Assembly: GCF_004010195.1 (NCBI RefSeq) | Contig: NC_057719.1 | Location: 78,214,359 to 78,278,358 of the forward strand | From: Chiloscyllium plagiosum | Lineage: Eukaryota | Length of the DNA stretch: 64,000 nt | Reading direction: 5' to 3' | Shown here: positions 25,223 through 38,400 of the stretch, piece after piece | How positions within the stretch are numbered: the stretch's first letter is position 1 | Layout of the letters: each line of letters starts with the position of its first letter | Notes under the pieces: model-generated | Database searches by the model: none | Seen by the model: the letters and a program-made list of their open reading frames with translations, nothing else | What the model was told of the DNA's origin: nothing | Made by a program: the position numbers and the translations under genes

Positions 25223-25371
25223 GTCTGGAAACTGTCATATAATGAATGGAATAGCCCCATTGTTTCAATTAGAAAATCCAACTGGCAGTTCTATAATGAC
25301 CTTGGGAAACTGGTTGAGGTATCCAATCCTGAGGCAATGCCCCAGGGGCTGAGTTCACTCATGAGTCACCA

Positions 25372-25687
25372 GGGTGGTGATGGCCTAGCAGTATTATCAC
25401 TAGGCTATTGATCCAGAGATCCACGTAATATTTTGGGGATGGGTTCAAATCCACTATGACAGATGGTGGAATGCGAATTCAATAGAAATCTGAATTAAGA
25501 ATTTAATGTGTCGGTTCACTAATGTTCTTTCAGGAAGGAAACTGCCATCTTTACCCGGTCTGGCCTACATGTGACTCCAGACCCACAGCAATGTGGTTGA
25601 CTCTTAACTGACCTCTGGGTGATTAGGGATGGACAATAAATACTTTTTGGCCAGTGACACCGCCCCGAGAGTGAATAGAACAAAAAA
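25372..25687 (+). mobile_element. tRNA-headed SINE
   Basis: ggtgatggcctagcagtattatcactag head, gggttcaaatcc B box, LINE-type tail. Confidence 0.8.
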
Positions 25688-26864
25688 TTGGGAAACTGAG
25701 GAAAACCAATAGCCTGCCACTTTTGACCTAGCCAAATTCTGCAAAAGAGAAAACTGCTTTTCCAGTTCCCCTAGGGCTCCACCAGTCTATCATCATGACA
25801 TTTGGCTGCATGGGGCCAGCCACCTGCCATAGACTCATGGACTACATACTGAGGCCTTGTTTCAGGTTCGTGATAGCATATTTGAGTGACATTGTCATCT
25901 GTGACACAGACTAGAGTTCCCATTTATATAATGTCGGACTCTATTAGGTAGTTAATAACATCTGGGCTCATGAGAAATCAGAAGACTTTTTTTAATTTCA
26001 AAAATATATTTTATTCATAAAAAATATCTTCTTGTATACACATAATCACAAACACAGTTTGGTTCAGTACAGTAGCGTATCAAGGAAATAAACAAACATT
26101 GGAGTTTGACTCTAACCAAAGGTATCTCTTACTCAAGAGGAAGAAGGAAGCTTACTTAAGGTTGAGGAGGCAAGGATCAGGCAGGGCTCTAGAGGGTAAC
26201 AAGGTAGCCAGGAAGGAACTGAAGAATGGACTTACGAGAGCTAAAAGGGAGCATAAAAAAGCTTTAGCAGGGAGAATTAAGGAAAGCCCTAAGGAATTCT
26301 ACACTTATGGCCAGAGTGAGGATAGGGCCAATCAAAGATAGTGGAGGGAACTTGCGCCGAGAGTCGGAGGAAGTAGGGATGATCCTGAGCGAATACTTCA
26401 GTATTCACTACTGAGAGGGAACACAACATTTCTGAGGACCGCATGAAACAGGCTGATATTCTAGAACAAGTTGATGTTAGGAAGGAGGATGTGATGAAAA
26501 TTTTGAAAAACATAAGGATAGATAAATCCCCTGGGCTAGACAGAATATACCCAAGATTACTACAGGAAGTGAGGGAAGAGATTGCTGCGGCTTTGGCGAT
26601 GAGGCTTGCATCCTCACTGTCCACTGGAGTAATACCAGATGATTAGAAGGTGGAAAGTGTTATTCCCTTGTTCAAGAAAAGGAATAGGAATAATCCTGGG
26701 AATTACAGACCAGTCAGCCTTACACCAGTGGCGGTCAAAGTATTGGAGAGAATTCTGATAAACAGGATTTATGATTACTTGGAAAACCATAGTTTGATTA
26801 GAGATAGTCAGCATGGCTTTGTGAGGGGCAGGTTATACCTCACAAATCTTACTGAATTATTTGA

Positions 26865-27033
26865 CATGATTTGGAGATGCCGGTGTTGGACTGGGGTGTA
26901 CAATTTTGCTATACATTCTGTGTTACAATCGAGCCCTCCACAATCACCTAATGAAGGAGCGTCGCTCCGAAAGCTAGTGTGCTTCCAATTAAACCTATTG
27001 GACTATAACCTGGTGTTGTGTGATTTTTAATTT
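26865..27033. mobile_element. Penelope pLTR (family D) with inverted 5' segment and 12-bp TSD
   Basis: tgaattatttga at 26853-26864 and 27034-27045; core CUAAUGA-A-GGAGC(GUC)GCUCC-GAAAG-CUA at 26948. Confidence 0.85.
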
Positions 27034-27601
27034 TGAATTATTTGAGGATGTGACAAAACGCATTGATGTAGGTAGAGGAGTGGATGTGGTCTACATGGAT
27101 TTTAGCAAGGCATTTGATAAGATTCCCTATGATAGGCTCATTTGGAAAGTAAGGAGGCATGGGATACAGGGAAATCTGGCTGTCTGGATACAGAATTGGC
27201 TGGCCCATAGAAGACCGAGGGTGGTGGTAGTTGGAAAGTATTCAGTCTGGAGCTTGGTGACCAGTGGTGTTCTGCAGGGATCGGTTCTGGGACTTCTGCT
27301 CTTTGTGATTTTTATAAATAACTTGGATGTGGAAGTGGAAGAATGTGTTAGTAAGTTTGCCAATGACACCAAGGTTGGTGGAGTCGTGGAGAGTGTGGAA
27401 GGGCTGTTGTAGATTGCAACTCGACATTGTCAGGATCCAGAACTGGACTGATAAGTGGCAGATGGAGTTCAACCTGGAAAAGAGTAAAGTGGTTCACTTT
27501 GGAAGGTTGAATTTAAATGCAGAATATAGAGTTAAAGGCAGGATTCTTGGCAGTGTGGAGGAACAGAGGGATCTTGGGGTCCATGTCCATAGATCCCTCA
27601 A

Positions 27602-28650
27602 ATACAGTCATACACAGGGCAGCATAAAGTGCATTGAAAAGTACAAGACAGCACAGTAATTCCTGACAAGACAAGACGATAGGCACAGTGATGGACAAAT
27701 TACAGTGTGACAATGAATGATCATTAATAAAATATTGATTTAGCAACAATTCAAAAAGTCGTCTGAAAATTGCAAATGGAATAGAGTCTGATCATACAAT
27801 GTTAAGGAGCCTTATGGCTTGGGGGAAGAAACTATTGCACAGTCTGGCCGTGAGAGACTGAACACTCTGGTGTTGTCTGCCAGATGGCAGGAAGGAGAAG
27901 AGTTTGAATGATGGATGTGTGGGGTTGCCCACAATGCTGTTAGCCTTGTGGATGCAGCATGTGATGTAAATATCTGTAATGGAAGGGAGAGAGACCCTGA
28001 TGATCTTCTCAGCTGTCCTCACTGTCTGTTGTAAGGTCTTACGATCCAAGACGGTGCAAATGCTGAACCAGGCAGTGATGCAGCAGCTCAGGGTACTCAC
28101 AATGAACCCTCTGTGGAATGTGGTGAGGATGGGGGATGAGGGGTGGGCTTTCCTCAGTCTACGTAGAAAGTAGAGACGCTGCTGGGCTTTCTTGGCTATG
28201 GAGCTGGTGTTGAGGGTCCAGGTGAGATTCTCCGCCAGGTGTATGCCAAGAAATTTGGTGCTCTTCATGATGTCCACTGGGGAGCCATCTATGACCAGTG
28301 CAGAGTGATCACTCTGTGCCCTCCTGAAGTCAACAACCATCCCTTTCGTCTTGTCCATGTTCAGAGACAAGTTGTTGGCTCTGCACCAGTCCGTTAGCCG
28401 CTGCACCTCCTCTCTGTATGCTAACTCATCGTTCCTGCTAATGAGACCCACTACCATCATGTCATCAGCCAACTTGATGATGTGATTCGACCTGTGCATT
28501 GCCACACAGTCGTGTGTCAGCAAGGTGAACAGCAGTGGACTGAGCACACAGCCCTGGGGGGCCCATGTGCTCAATGTGATGGTGTTGGAGATGCTGTTCC
28601 CAATTCAGAATGACTGAGATCTCCCAGTCAGGAAGTTCAGGATCCAGTGT
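27602..28650 (-). mobile_element. Rex1/Babar-clade LINE 3' fragment (260-aa RT ORF 27792-28574)
   Basis: APQGCVLSPLLF, IIKLADD, AKKAQQRLYFLRRL, NSFFPQAIRLLN. Confidence 0.9.
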
Positions 28651-28651
28651 T

Positions 28652-28953
28652 CAGTGCAGATGACAGGCAACATGAGTTCGACTGGGATAACACTACTATT
28701 ATAGGATAAGCCAAACAGAGAACAGCCAAGGAATTCATAGAGGCATGGCACTCATCCACAGATTCTATCAACAAACACATCGACCTGGATCCAATATACC
28801 GGCCACTGCAGCAGACAGCTGGAACTGACAACCAGAAGCGGCAGAGACAAACCACTATAAATGCTGGAGGAAACAACACAGAAGCGCTTCACAGGAGGCT
28901 CCCAAGCACTGAGGATATCACTTAGACAGGAGACAAAACGTCTGTGACACAAA
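28652..28953 (+). mobile_element. Penelope 3' end (GIY-YIG tail plus family B pLTR)
   Basis: HEFDWDNTTIIG*AKQRTAKEFIEAWHS..SINKHIDLDPIY; degenerate hammerhead ~28905-28946. Confidence 0.8.
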
Positions 28954-31489
28954 TTGTTAAGAAGGTGTATGGTGTGTTGGCTTTCATTAACAGGGGAATT
29001 GAGTTTAAGAGTTGCGAGGTTATGCTGCAGCTCTATGGAACCCTGGTTAGACCACACTTGGAATATTGTGTTCAGTTCTGGTCAGCTCATTAAAGAAAAG
29101 ATGTGGAAGCTTTAAAAGGGGTGCACAGGAGATTTACCAGGATACTGCCTGCACTGGAGGGCATGTCTTAAGAAGAAACGCTGAGGGAGCTAGAGCTTTT
29201 CTCATTGGAGCGAAGAAGGGGGATAGGTGACTTGATAGAGTTGTACAAGATGTTGAGGGGCATAGATAGAGTGGATAGACAGAGACTTTTTCCCACGGCG
29301 GAATTGTCTATCAAGAGGAGGCTGGTAATTTTAAGGTAATTGGAGGAAGGTTTAGGGGAGATGTCAGAGGTAGGTTCTTTACACAGAGAGTGGTGGGTGC
29401 ATGGACTGCATTGCCAGCAGTGATAGTAGAGTAATATACATTATGGATATTTAGGCAACTCTTGGATAGGCACATGGAAGATAGTACAATGAATGGAATG
29501 TAGGTTAGGCTGATCTTAGAGTAGGATAAAAGGTTGGCACAACATTAAGGGCCAAAGGGCCTGTACTGTGCTGTACTGTTCTATGTTCTATGAACAAGAC
29601 TATACTTACATGCATTTGAGGCACCCGGAGGATCCGATAACTGCTGACCCCATTTAACTTCGGCAGAAAGACACCAGACAGTGGTCTTTCTCTACCGCAC
29701 CTTGGTGGCAGCTGTCCCAAGCTTGAGAACTTTAAACCAAGAGACCAAATAATTGGAGTGCACTCTAGTGGGTAGGTTTGTAACACCTCGGTTAAACCAA
29801 ATGGAAACCATAATCTCATGGCCCTGACTTGGGGAGAAAGAATGAATGACAGGTCTTTTTTAGATATCACCAGTTGCTACCAGCAATTTATTCCACGTCT
29901 TGTGTGGTCACCAAACTAGATATGGTGGAGAGACCAAAATTTTGCTTTCTGGCAAATGAGCTAATTAAGCACCCTATGTAGTGCTCTTGCAAACGGTTAA
30001 GTTTGGGAACTGTACAGTCTCAAATGGAAAGGGGAAAGGAACAGGCTGTGGAGTGTCCTAATCCTGGAGGGAATATAATTCCTTTTTAGGATTCACCCCT
30101 TCAAAAGATAAATGCAGCAGACTGTCCAATCAGATGCTCAGAAAGGGGGAGAGTTGGAAAGCTCACCAGACTGAAAAAAACAAAGCAGTTTGGAAATTGG
30201 ATTGTTATGTAGTCATTAATTGTAGAGAAATGGGGGCTGTGAGTTAACATGACTTCACTTTGGTTTCAAACATGACCTACTTAAATAACATACAAAGTGA
30301 TTGCCATAGCTAATAAGGCAGACAGATTTTTAATATTGTATCAGATATTGTTCTACTTAATATTTAAGTTATTTTTAATTAACCTGTTCAGAGATGTTGT
30401 GACACAGCTCTGGAGTAGGTGGGACCTGAACTTAGGCCTGTATAAAATGTTGTTCCACTTAAATCAGTTGCATTTTGTTTCCTTTTGCACTGCTGGCACA
30501 TTTTCATGCATATGGCAAATATTTACTGCAGAGGGCAGAGTGGTGTCTTGGAATTTCTGTTAGAATTGAGGTTATTATATGAGTCAATTTTCACTTAACA
30601 TGGAGGTTGTGAATAGCTTTCTCAACATAAGTAGCTGAGAATATGGAATGTGGCGAGATTATCTTGCCACCAAGTAGAATGCAGAGATGATATATCTGTG
30701 GACAGAAGTTTTTTTTTAAAAAAGGAATTGCAAATTTCTAATGCACAAATTCTAAATGAACATGCAATGTTCATCTTTTGAAAGGCTGGTATAATCACGA
30801 GGCAGCCAGGTAACGTGGCAGAATTTGAGCGACAGCAGAAACTGAATAAAGTATTCAAGAAAGTACATAGCCAAAACAAACAAAAACAGATTTCCGCAGG
30901 CCTATATCTACTGACATAGGTCTACATGTACTAACATAAGATGGACTTTAATGCATTTTCATTTCACCCTTTCCCAAAATTTCATACTATTATTCCTCAT
31001 TCTGTTTAACTGACAGTTTTATAAATTTGTAAATCTGCACAGCTGTTCCAAAAATGCAAACTGGTAAATATTTTCAAAGAATATAACTTGATATAATCCA
31101 CTCTATCATAATGATTATCAATTGTACAAATTCTGGATAAAAACACCTCCTAACTGTTACAATTGCAGAAAGTATTGCATCATGTGAACCATATTACTCT
31201 CTATATTATGCACTGAGAATGTAAAATCAGTATCGTAATATTCTGTTTTCTCATGTAAAATTAATCTATTTATAAATGTGGAATTTTTATTCATATTCAT
31301 TTCCAGTAATCATTTTCAAATGTTAACTGTGTTGTGAGGATGGGTTTGGGAACAAGGTTGAAGATCAGAGAGGCCAAGACTTTTGCATTAGCCCTCCCCT
31401 CATGGTTTGTTGATGGAGTCTTCAGATCATTTTCCTCATTGAACACCAGGCATTCATTGGTGTTATTTTACCAATAGTTATATTTGCTT

Positions 31490-31766
31490 TTCATTCATTC
31501 ATATTGGTGTTGCTGACTAGGCCATTTATTGCCCATTTCACTTGCACAGAGTGTAATTAAGTGTCAACCCTGTGGGTTTGGAGACCAGGCAAGAATCACA
31601 TAGTTTTTTTCCAACCATGGTTTTGAGGTCATCATGATTTGATTCTTATTGCAGATTGCTTTTTATTCCTTGAATGCTGTGCCAGAATTCAAACCCAGGT
31701 CCCGCGAACATTAACTGAGTGTCCAGATTAACAGCCTTGTGATAATTCTACTAGGCCATCACCTCC
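31490..31766 (-). mobile_element. tRNA-headed SINE
   Basis: Reverse complement of the 25372 family. Confidence 0.7.
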
Positions 31767-32039
31767 CACCCCCTCCCTTATGGCTGACTCACTGCCTGTA
31801 GTTCAAATGCTGAGCTCAAATCACCCAAGCATGGCTGGAGATAAAGCCATCTCAGATGTGGGATTGTAGGCTCTTACCTTAAAACTTAGGAATGAGGCAA
31901 ACCGTCTATCTTTAACTCACTGAATATCTTTGAATCCCCAGAAAAACTGAGATACACATGGCAAAAAAATCACAAATGAAGAACAATGATTAAATGTACA
32001 GTAATAAAGCCATATATACGCAGATTAAAATATATTGAA

Positions 32040-32540
32040 ATATACACAGGCAAAGAGAAAATCTGACAAGGTCCAAACATGATATTGGGGCCAATGACCA
32101 AAAACTTGGTCAATGTGGCAAGGTTCCCAAAACATCTTCAGCAGAAAGGCAGAAAGGTTTCTAGAGGGAACTCCAGAATTTATGTTTGATTCTGCAAGCT
32201 GAAGGTGTGAGGGTAGAGTGATTAAAATTGGGAAAGTTCGAAAGATCAGAAATAGACGGAATACAAAGAAGAGGGACCAAGCCATGGAGTGATTGGAAAA
32301 CCAGGATATGAGTTTTAATATTGGGGTTTTTCTTCATGTAGTGTCAATGAGCACGGCGATGATGGGTGAGTGGGCAGTGAATATTAAGCAACAAAATTTT
32401 GGATGGTTTCAAATTTGCAAAGGGTAGAATTTGGAGGCTCACTAGAGGAGCATTGGAATAGTTAAGGGTTTCAGTAGCAGATGAGCTGAGGTAGGAGTGG
32501 AGACAGGCGATGCCATGGAGATGGAAATAGTTGGTCTTCA
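32040..32540 (-). mobile_element. L2 LINE 3' remnant
   Basis: tgaccaaaaacttggtcaa tail; LHSYLSSSATETL...NYSNAPL in ORF 32344-32541. Confidence 0.65.
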
Positions 32541-33122
32541 CGGCACTTACATGTAAAGCTCCTGCAAGTCATTTTTTCAATTTTCTAATTGTGCTATTTG
32601 CCTCTGTTTCAGTATTGCACATCTAGCAACTTGGAAAAAAACAAAATCTGAACAAGATCTATCATACCTGTTATGTCACAATTCAAATTGCTCATGTCAA
32701 ATGTATGCAATCTGTGGGGTCCAATATTACTCACTCACATGGATATAAATTGACTCCCTCTGTAACTTGTCGTTCATATTTATCAGTTTATTTCATTCTC
32801 AGGATATGTGTGGCACTGACAAGGCAACAGTAATTGCTTCTCTCTTGTTTCCATGTGCTGGATAGTGACAGTTAGGGTTTTCCTTGAACCTCTGCAGTCT
32901 TTGCTTAGGTAGGGGATTCTAGGATTACAGCCTAAGCATAATGAAGGGGTGCTCAAGTCAGGATGATGTATGACATGGAAGACAACTTGTAGGTGATAAT
33001 ATTTCAAAGAGCTTTTTTGCGCTTCCTATTGGTTAGTGACCATGAGACTGGGAAATCCTGCCACAATTAAACTTTTTCATAAAGGGGGTGGGCGTGTATG
33101 AACAAACTCCCAGAGAATGTGA

Positions 33123-33378
33123 TAGAATCACAGAATCACTACAGTGTGGAAACAAGCCATTTGGCCCAAAAAGTCCACACCTACCCTCCACACAGTCACC
33201 CACCCACACCCATGACCCTACCCTATTACTCTATCCCTGACAAAGGCACCTATCTGACACATCCCTGAACAACATGGGCAATTTAGCATGACCTAATCTG
33301 CACGTCTTTGGACTGTGGGAGGAAACTGGAACACCCGCAGGAAACTCACACAGACACTGGGAGAATGTGCAAACTCCA
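33123..33378 (-). mobile_element. HE1-type V-SINE inserted in a CR1 tail (33060-33550)
   Basis: tttggactgtgggaggaaactggaacacccgcaggaaac V-domain. Confidence 0.85.
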
Positions 33379-34589
33379 GAGAGCTGACAGAGGCAAGAAT
33401 AATGACGCTATATAACAGACATTTCATCAGCTACATTAATAGGCAAAGTTTAGAGAGAAATTATCAAATGCAGGAAAATGGGACAAGTTCAGTTTAGGAA
33501 ACCTAGTTGACATGAATGAGTTCGGCTGAAGGGCCCGTACTGTATGGCTCTAGTTGTGGGGAATTGTTATAGTTTACTTTATTGATGATTTATGCCAAAG
33601 CCTTATTGGAAATGTTTAGTATTGAGTCCATTGATGAGGACTGTAATATGAATTTCAAAGGGCCCTTAACAATATGGGCTATGACAAAAAATCTGGGAGA
33701 ATCAAGAGAGAAGCCTTTTTCAATATCTGGAACAAGTAGTTGAATTTTCCAACAAGATTTGATTCTTGTTAGAGAACCAGCATTGCTTGTTATCAGTCTC
33801 ATTAATTGCAAATAACTTACAGGACAACTTCTGCACTTTAATGTTGCATCTCAGAGTGCACCAGCAGCTATCATTGTAATGCTACTGCAAGGACATTTTG
33901 TGCATCATGGACTGAACAAGGCTGCACCTCAGGGCTGTCCTCCAAGCCCCAACTCCCTTAGCACTCACACACTTAGCACCCACTTGGATGCTCACAGCAT
34001 CCCTTCCTTGCCTTTTGTGTAGCATGTCCCCTCAGCCAGATCCACCAGGATTACAGCCGTGCTATATTGCCTTGGGACAGGTATAAAGTGAGGAAGCTTT
34101 TCACGGTGTCAGTAGTCCTTAGCCAAATCAAGGGAACACTTTTCAGTCAGGGTTCCCAGTAAGTCAAGGTCATTGTCCAAAACCAGTCCAGGATTTGGAC
34201 ATGGTCAGTCAGCTACTGGGGGCGATTAGGTTTGGGATCCTTTCATTGTAAGGTATATGGAGCCAAATATTAGGGCTTTCTACCACTTTTCTTGGCTCTT
34301 TCTGCACTTGTGTTGGACTGTTTTCTCCTTCAATGAGAGAAAGGATTGTAGGAAGGGAGGTGAAAGTGGAAGGCATGGCAGTCAATGTAGGTGCAGGTGA
34401 GAAAAGTTAGTGAGGCATCCTGAAAGTTTGACTGGGCATTAATGAGCTCATACAGGGTTAGTGATGTGAGGAAAATGAATGGGTGATGGAAAATGTTGCA
34501 TCTGGTAATGAGAATTGTAGAGCATGAGACTATGTGAAGTGAAAGAGATGGACTGTGTGTGAGGTGGCAGAGAGCAGATGGTGGAACTT

Positions 34590-34880
34590 TACCTGACAGA
34601 GTAGAGGCGGTCATCTCACCTTTTTACAGGGCCAGGCATCCCTCCAGATGAAACTCCTTGGATGCTGCCTCAACTGCTGTGCTCTTCCAGCACCACTGAT
34701 CCAGAATCTGGTTTCCAGCATCTGCAGTCATTGTTTTCATCCCTCCAGATGGCTGAGACGGCACTCACCCTGGTGGTAGGGTCTGGAGTAGTGGCCTCCT
34801 ATGTGAGTTCAGAGAACAAGGACTCTCTGCTTCTACACCACTCCATTTAGAACCTCCAAGACCTTATCCACAAAATGGGG
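34590..34880 (-). mobile_element. Harbinger Myb/SANT remnant, split by a pLTR fragment (34651-34737, 14-bp TSD catccctccagatg)
   Basis: PHFVDKVLEVL...RRP...RVSAVSAIWRDAWPCKK...LYSVR followed by a gt donor. Confidence 0.55.
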
Positions 34881-35327
34881 CATTAATTTCCCTCTAAATG
34901 CTATGCTTTGGGGAAATGTAATGAACTGTGTGAGGCAACTAAGGACTGGGTGCCCAATGGTCTTTTAAAGATCGTGCCATCGACAGTTCTGTTCCATTCA
35001 GGGATATCCTAGTAATGATGAGCTCTTCCAGCTACAGCGAGTGGCAAACCAGTTTAGTATTAGACAACAGGGGTACTCCATAGGAGTGTGGTTATACTTA
35101 AGGAGGCAAATTCAGGATGATAGTGTGAGAAAACTCACCAGGCCTCGTGTAGAAAAACCCTTCATAAAATTCAATGAAAATGACATATCTAAAATGTCAT
35201 AAGAATCAGTTCAATATCTTTAATATGTATTTCTTCTTCCTGATCTTAAAGCTCACCTCACCTCCTTAACCAAGAATTTACATAGTCCTCCTAACTTGTC
35301 CCCTGACTCAGGTGTCTGTGTTTGTCT

Positions 35328-35562
35328 TAGAATGGAATCCCTACAATGTAGAAACAGGCCATTTGGACCAACAAGTCCACACCAACCTTCCAAAGAGTAT
35401 CCCACCCAGACCTATTCCCCTATTCTATTACTCTACATTTCCCCTGACTAATGCAACTAGCAAACATATCCCTGAACACTAGCTTGGCCAATTCACCTAA
35501 CCTGCACATCTTTGGACTGTGGAAGGAAACCCACGCTGACACTGGGAGAATGTGCAAACTCC
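35328..35562 (-). mobile_element. HE1-type V-SINE
   Basis: cctaacctgcacatctttggactgtgg...gggagaatgtgcaaactcc. Confidence 0.85.
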
Positions 35563-36929
35563 TTTGAGCATCTTGTAAAAATTTATTGCATTAAAGCTGC
35601 TATATAAATGCAGATTCTGATTTTGTTTTCACTACTCTTCTGAAAAATACAGCAAGGGAAATTTAGAGTAGGGGAAATGCAATACTACCTGGTGGACATG
35701 TAGATTTTTTTCCAAATTTCTCTCCCAAAACTAATGGTTCTAAGTGAAAGTCATTTGTCCAGGTTCTTATTACATCCATAATGAATGTTCATCTTTCCTG
35801 TATGGACCTGGTATCAATGTAGGCTATTGGTAGGTGATTCAAGTGCATGGGACATCATCTCCAAACCTAAATATGTCCACACCCAACTTTCCTAAAAGTG
35901 TCACTAGATAGCAGTGAGATTTTACATTTCTGACTTTTACACTGTTTGCATTCACAATGATCATGGTAGATGTATTGTGTTTTTCTCCTGTTCCTACTTT
36001 GATCACCGATCAACCAGTTGGCATACTCCCTGGTTTTAATTTTTAAAAAATTAAATATCCTATCTTCCCTGATGTCCGTTCTCCTCAAATTGGTGATTAG
36101 AACTCATTCCTTTTCCTAATATGTGATTTTGTTTGGGCTTGTTACACTGCTATAGAGTGCCTTTCCTTGTATTGAACCTGTAAATCAATCCAGAATGAAT
36201 CTTATGGTCTCTATTCATTATGTTGTCCTTTTGAACGGACCGGAAGTTGACTGAAGTACTTTAAAGTGGAAACCTCTGTGGAGTAGAAGATTACGGGAGT
36301 TCGAGGTTTGGCCATTTTGCAGATTGTGAGAAGTTTAAACACAAAGCAGTTGCTCTCTTGCTTTTTAGATAAACATTTGTCTCTTATATACTTCCTACAG
36401 ATTATCTAGCATTTCTAACTGAAACATAAAGTTCATCCCAGAGATTGAGAGATGACTGAAAAGCATAATGTGAAGCAGATAATGTTTTATTTCCATGACA
36501 ACCATCAAAATCAATTGCTTATCAGTAGATTCTGACACTTAAGAATTCTTTTTAAATGTGAAAAACTATTGTGTGTGTTTTGAAGAAATAAATCAGCAAA
36601 ACATTTAGCATGGCGCTTGAAGTGAGATAACTGTTGGTGAAGAATTTCTCATGATTGCTTCACATTTACTGGAACTGTTTGATTAATATTTCCAAGTTTC
36701 AGGAAAGGCAAGAATAGTGCTCTTTTCTCTTGACCTTCATTTCTAATGGCATTGCTTTACTATCTAATGTTTGTTAGTTGTCCCTTTCCAAAGTAGTCTC
36801 GGGTGTGTATGAGCCAGCTATTCAATCATGGCAGTCATCACAACCCAGTTGATTAGGACCAAACTCAATCATTAGATAAGAATCAAGAACACAGTCTGTG
36901 GATGTGCCTGACTTATTCTTCCTCTCTAC

Positions 36930-37112
36930 AGTCCAGGAACACATTTACCTCATAGTTTATCTTATTGCTGTTTGTAGACACTTGTTGTGCACAGTCTGGC
37001 TGCTAGGTTTCCTCCATTTCAATTATAGCTACAGATCAAAAGAATTTAATTGATGGCAAAGCACTTTTGGTGTGTCCTGAGATAATGTAAGTTGCTATTC
37101 AAATGAAAAGTT
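36930..37112 (+). mobile_element. DeuSINE 3' remnant (others ~40590-40705 and ~63733-63825)
   Basis: attgctgtttgtagacacttgttgtgcac..tggctgc...aaagcacttttgg..tcctgag. Confidence 0.55.
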
Positions 37113-37769
37113 TGGCCCTCAGTATCCTACACTGCCATCTGAAGTACATACCAGGTATGTGTCTACGTTTCCTGTGGCTGGCTGTTAGGAGACTGCCTGA
37201 AATTCTCACAGCAAGTCTTGGAGAAACTCAGCAGGTCTGGAGAGTGAAACAAAGTAAACAAATGTTTCAAGTCCAATATGATTTCTTCAAAGCTCAGTTC
37301 AGTTCCAGTATCCACTGTATTTTGCTTTTATTTTGCCAGATATTCTCTCCTGGACTCATAATTTGGGTGAGGTGGATAAGAGAGGTGAAATCAGTGGAAG
37401 TGGGGCTGGGAATGCCATTGAGAAGGAACACATTCAAATAAATCAATTTGAAAACCCAGGTTTTGCTGAATGAATGGCTTCTACAATCTCAAGACAAAGA
37501 TGTTTTCTGCTGGTGATCAGACCCAGGACAAAAGCCTTTAATTTACCCAGGCTCCAGACACCTCTCACTTTCTTCCTGAATATAGTCAGTTTCATGCTGC
37601 CTGCTACATAGTGAGGGTTCAGTAGGCAGTTGGGTTCTCAGGAAATTAGCTCTGCATTGTTAAGCCTTTGGTCTGCAATGTTTAATCACCATTCATAACT
37701 CATTCCATGATTATTGCATTTCATATATCAGTCCATATTCACAAACAGCCACCATTACCATTATGGACT

Positions 37770-38400
37770 ATGCCAGAGTTCTCAAACTTTTTGCTTGTGA
37801 GACCTTTTACTCATATTATAAAAATTGCTCAGATCCCCTTGTGCCACTTTTTCCTCTCTCAAGAACAAGTTACACAATATGCATGCAAAACCATTATTAT
37901 TTTATTTGTGCGATAGGAAACTTGTTGCTGGTGTTGAGATCTGATTCTAATAAGACATAGAGGTAACTTTAATTTCTCCAATTTATTTGGCTAGTTTATC
38001 GCATATTCTTCCAATGTGCTGGATTTCTTTCCAATGTGCTGGATTTCTTTTGGCATGCAGGAAACTTCAGATTCTCTGCTTGATCTGTCAGTTCTCTGTC
38101 ATATTACAGAGAAGAAATCCTCTCTTGCCCAGATGTATGTTTGACCTCAATTTGCCTTTCCTATTTCCCACTAAACTTGGATGCTAGTTTTTTGTGATTC
38201 CTACAAGAGGACTCCCAAAACCTTCATTTTCTGCAGCTTTCTTCAGTCTTTCTCAATTTGAATAATATTCAGCTTCTCTGACCTTACTGACCTTACATTT
38301 TCCCATATTATATTCCATTTGCGATGTCTTTGCCCACTCGCTTAACATGTCTATACCCTTCTTGTAGATTGTGTCTGTTGTATTACATTAACTGCTGACA
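37770..38400 (-). mobile_element. Old CR1 fragment
   Basis: acattttcccatattatattccattt...tttgcccactcgcttaac. Confidence 0.5.

Larger units (their letters stand above)
26125..29591 (+). mobile_element. CR1 ORF2 remnant with three internal insertions
   Basis: KSPGLDRIYPRLL, NYRPVSLT, DFSKAFDKI, GVLQGSVLG, resumes 28954, ends ttctatgttctat. Confidence 0.9.
25988..29725 (-). mobile_element. Tx1/L1-like element 3' end (25988-26122 and 29593-29725) split by CR1
   Basis: T-rich tail at the left; minus strand KLGTAATKVR*RKTTV resembles a recalled Tx1-type ORF2 C-terminus. Confidence 0.5.
25225..29990 (+). mobile_element. Decayed Ty3/Gypsy pol (RT 25225-25905; connection region ~29730-29990) split by later insertions
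   Basis: EWNSPIVSIRK..WQFYNDLGKL, AKEKTAF, MTFG..ATCHRLMDYILRP, AYLSDIVI (YLDD), then ETIISWP...RSFL.ITSCYQQFIP. Confidence 0.7.

Noticed and set aside
32551..32629. Minus-strand exon with good acceptor and GTAAGT donor
   Set aside because: Stop codons in all three frames and no recognisable product; only viable as a non-coding or pseudo-exon
36235..36320. CCGGAAGT and GCCATTTT (ETS/YY1-like) motifs as a second promoter
   Set aside because: Only a few CpGs and no adjacent exon identified
38011..38050. 20-bp tandem duplication (similar pair at ~63509-63563)
   Set aside because: Ordinary local slippage
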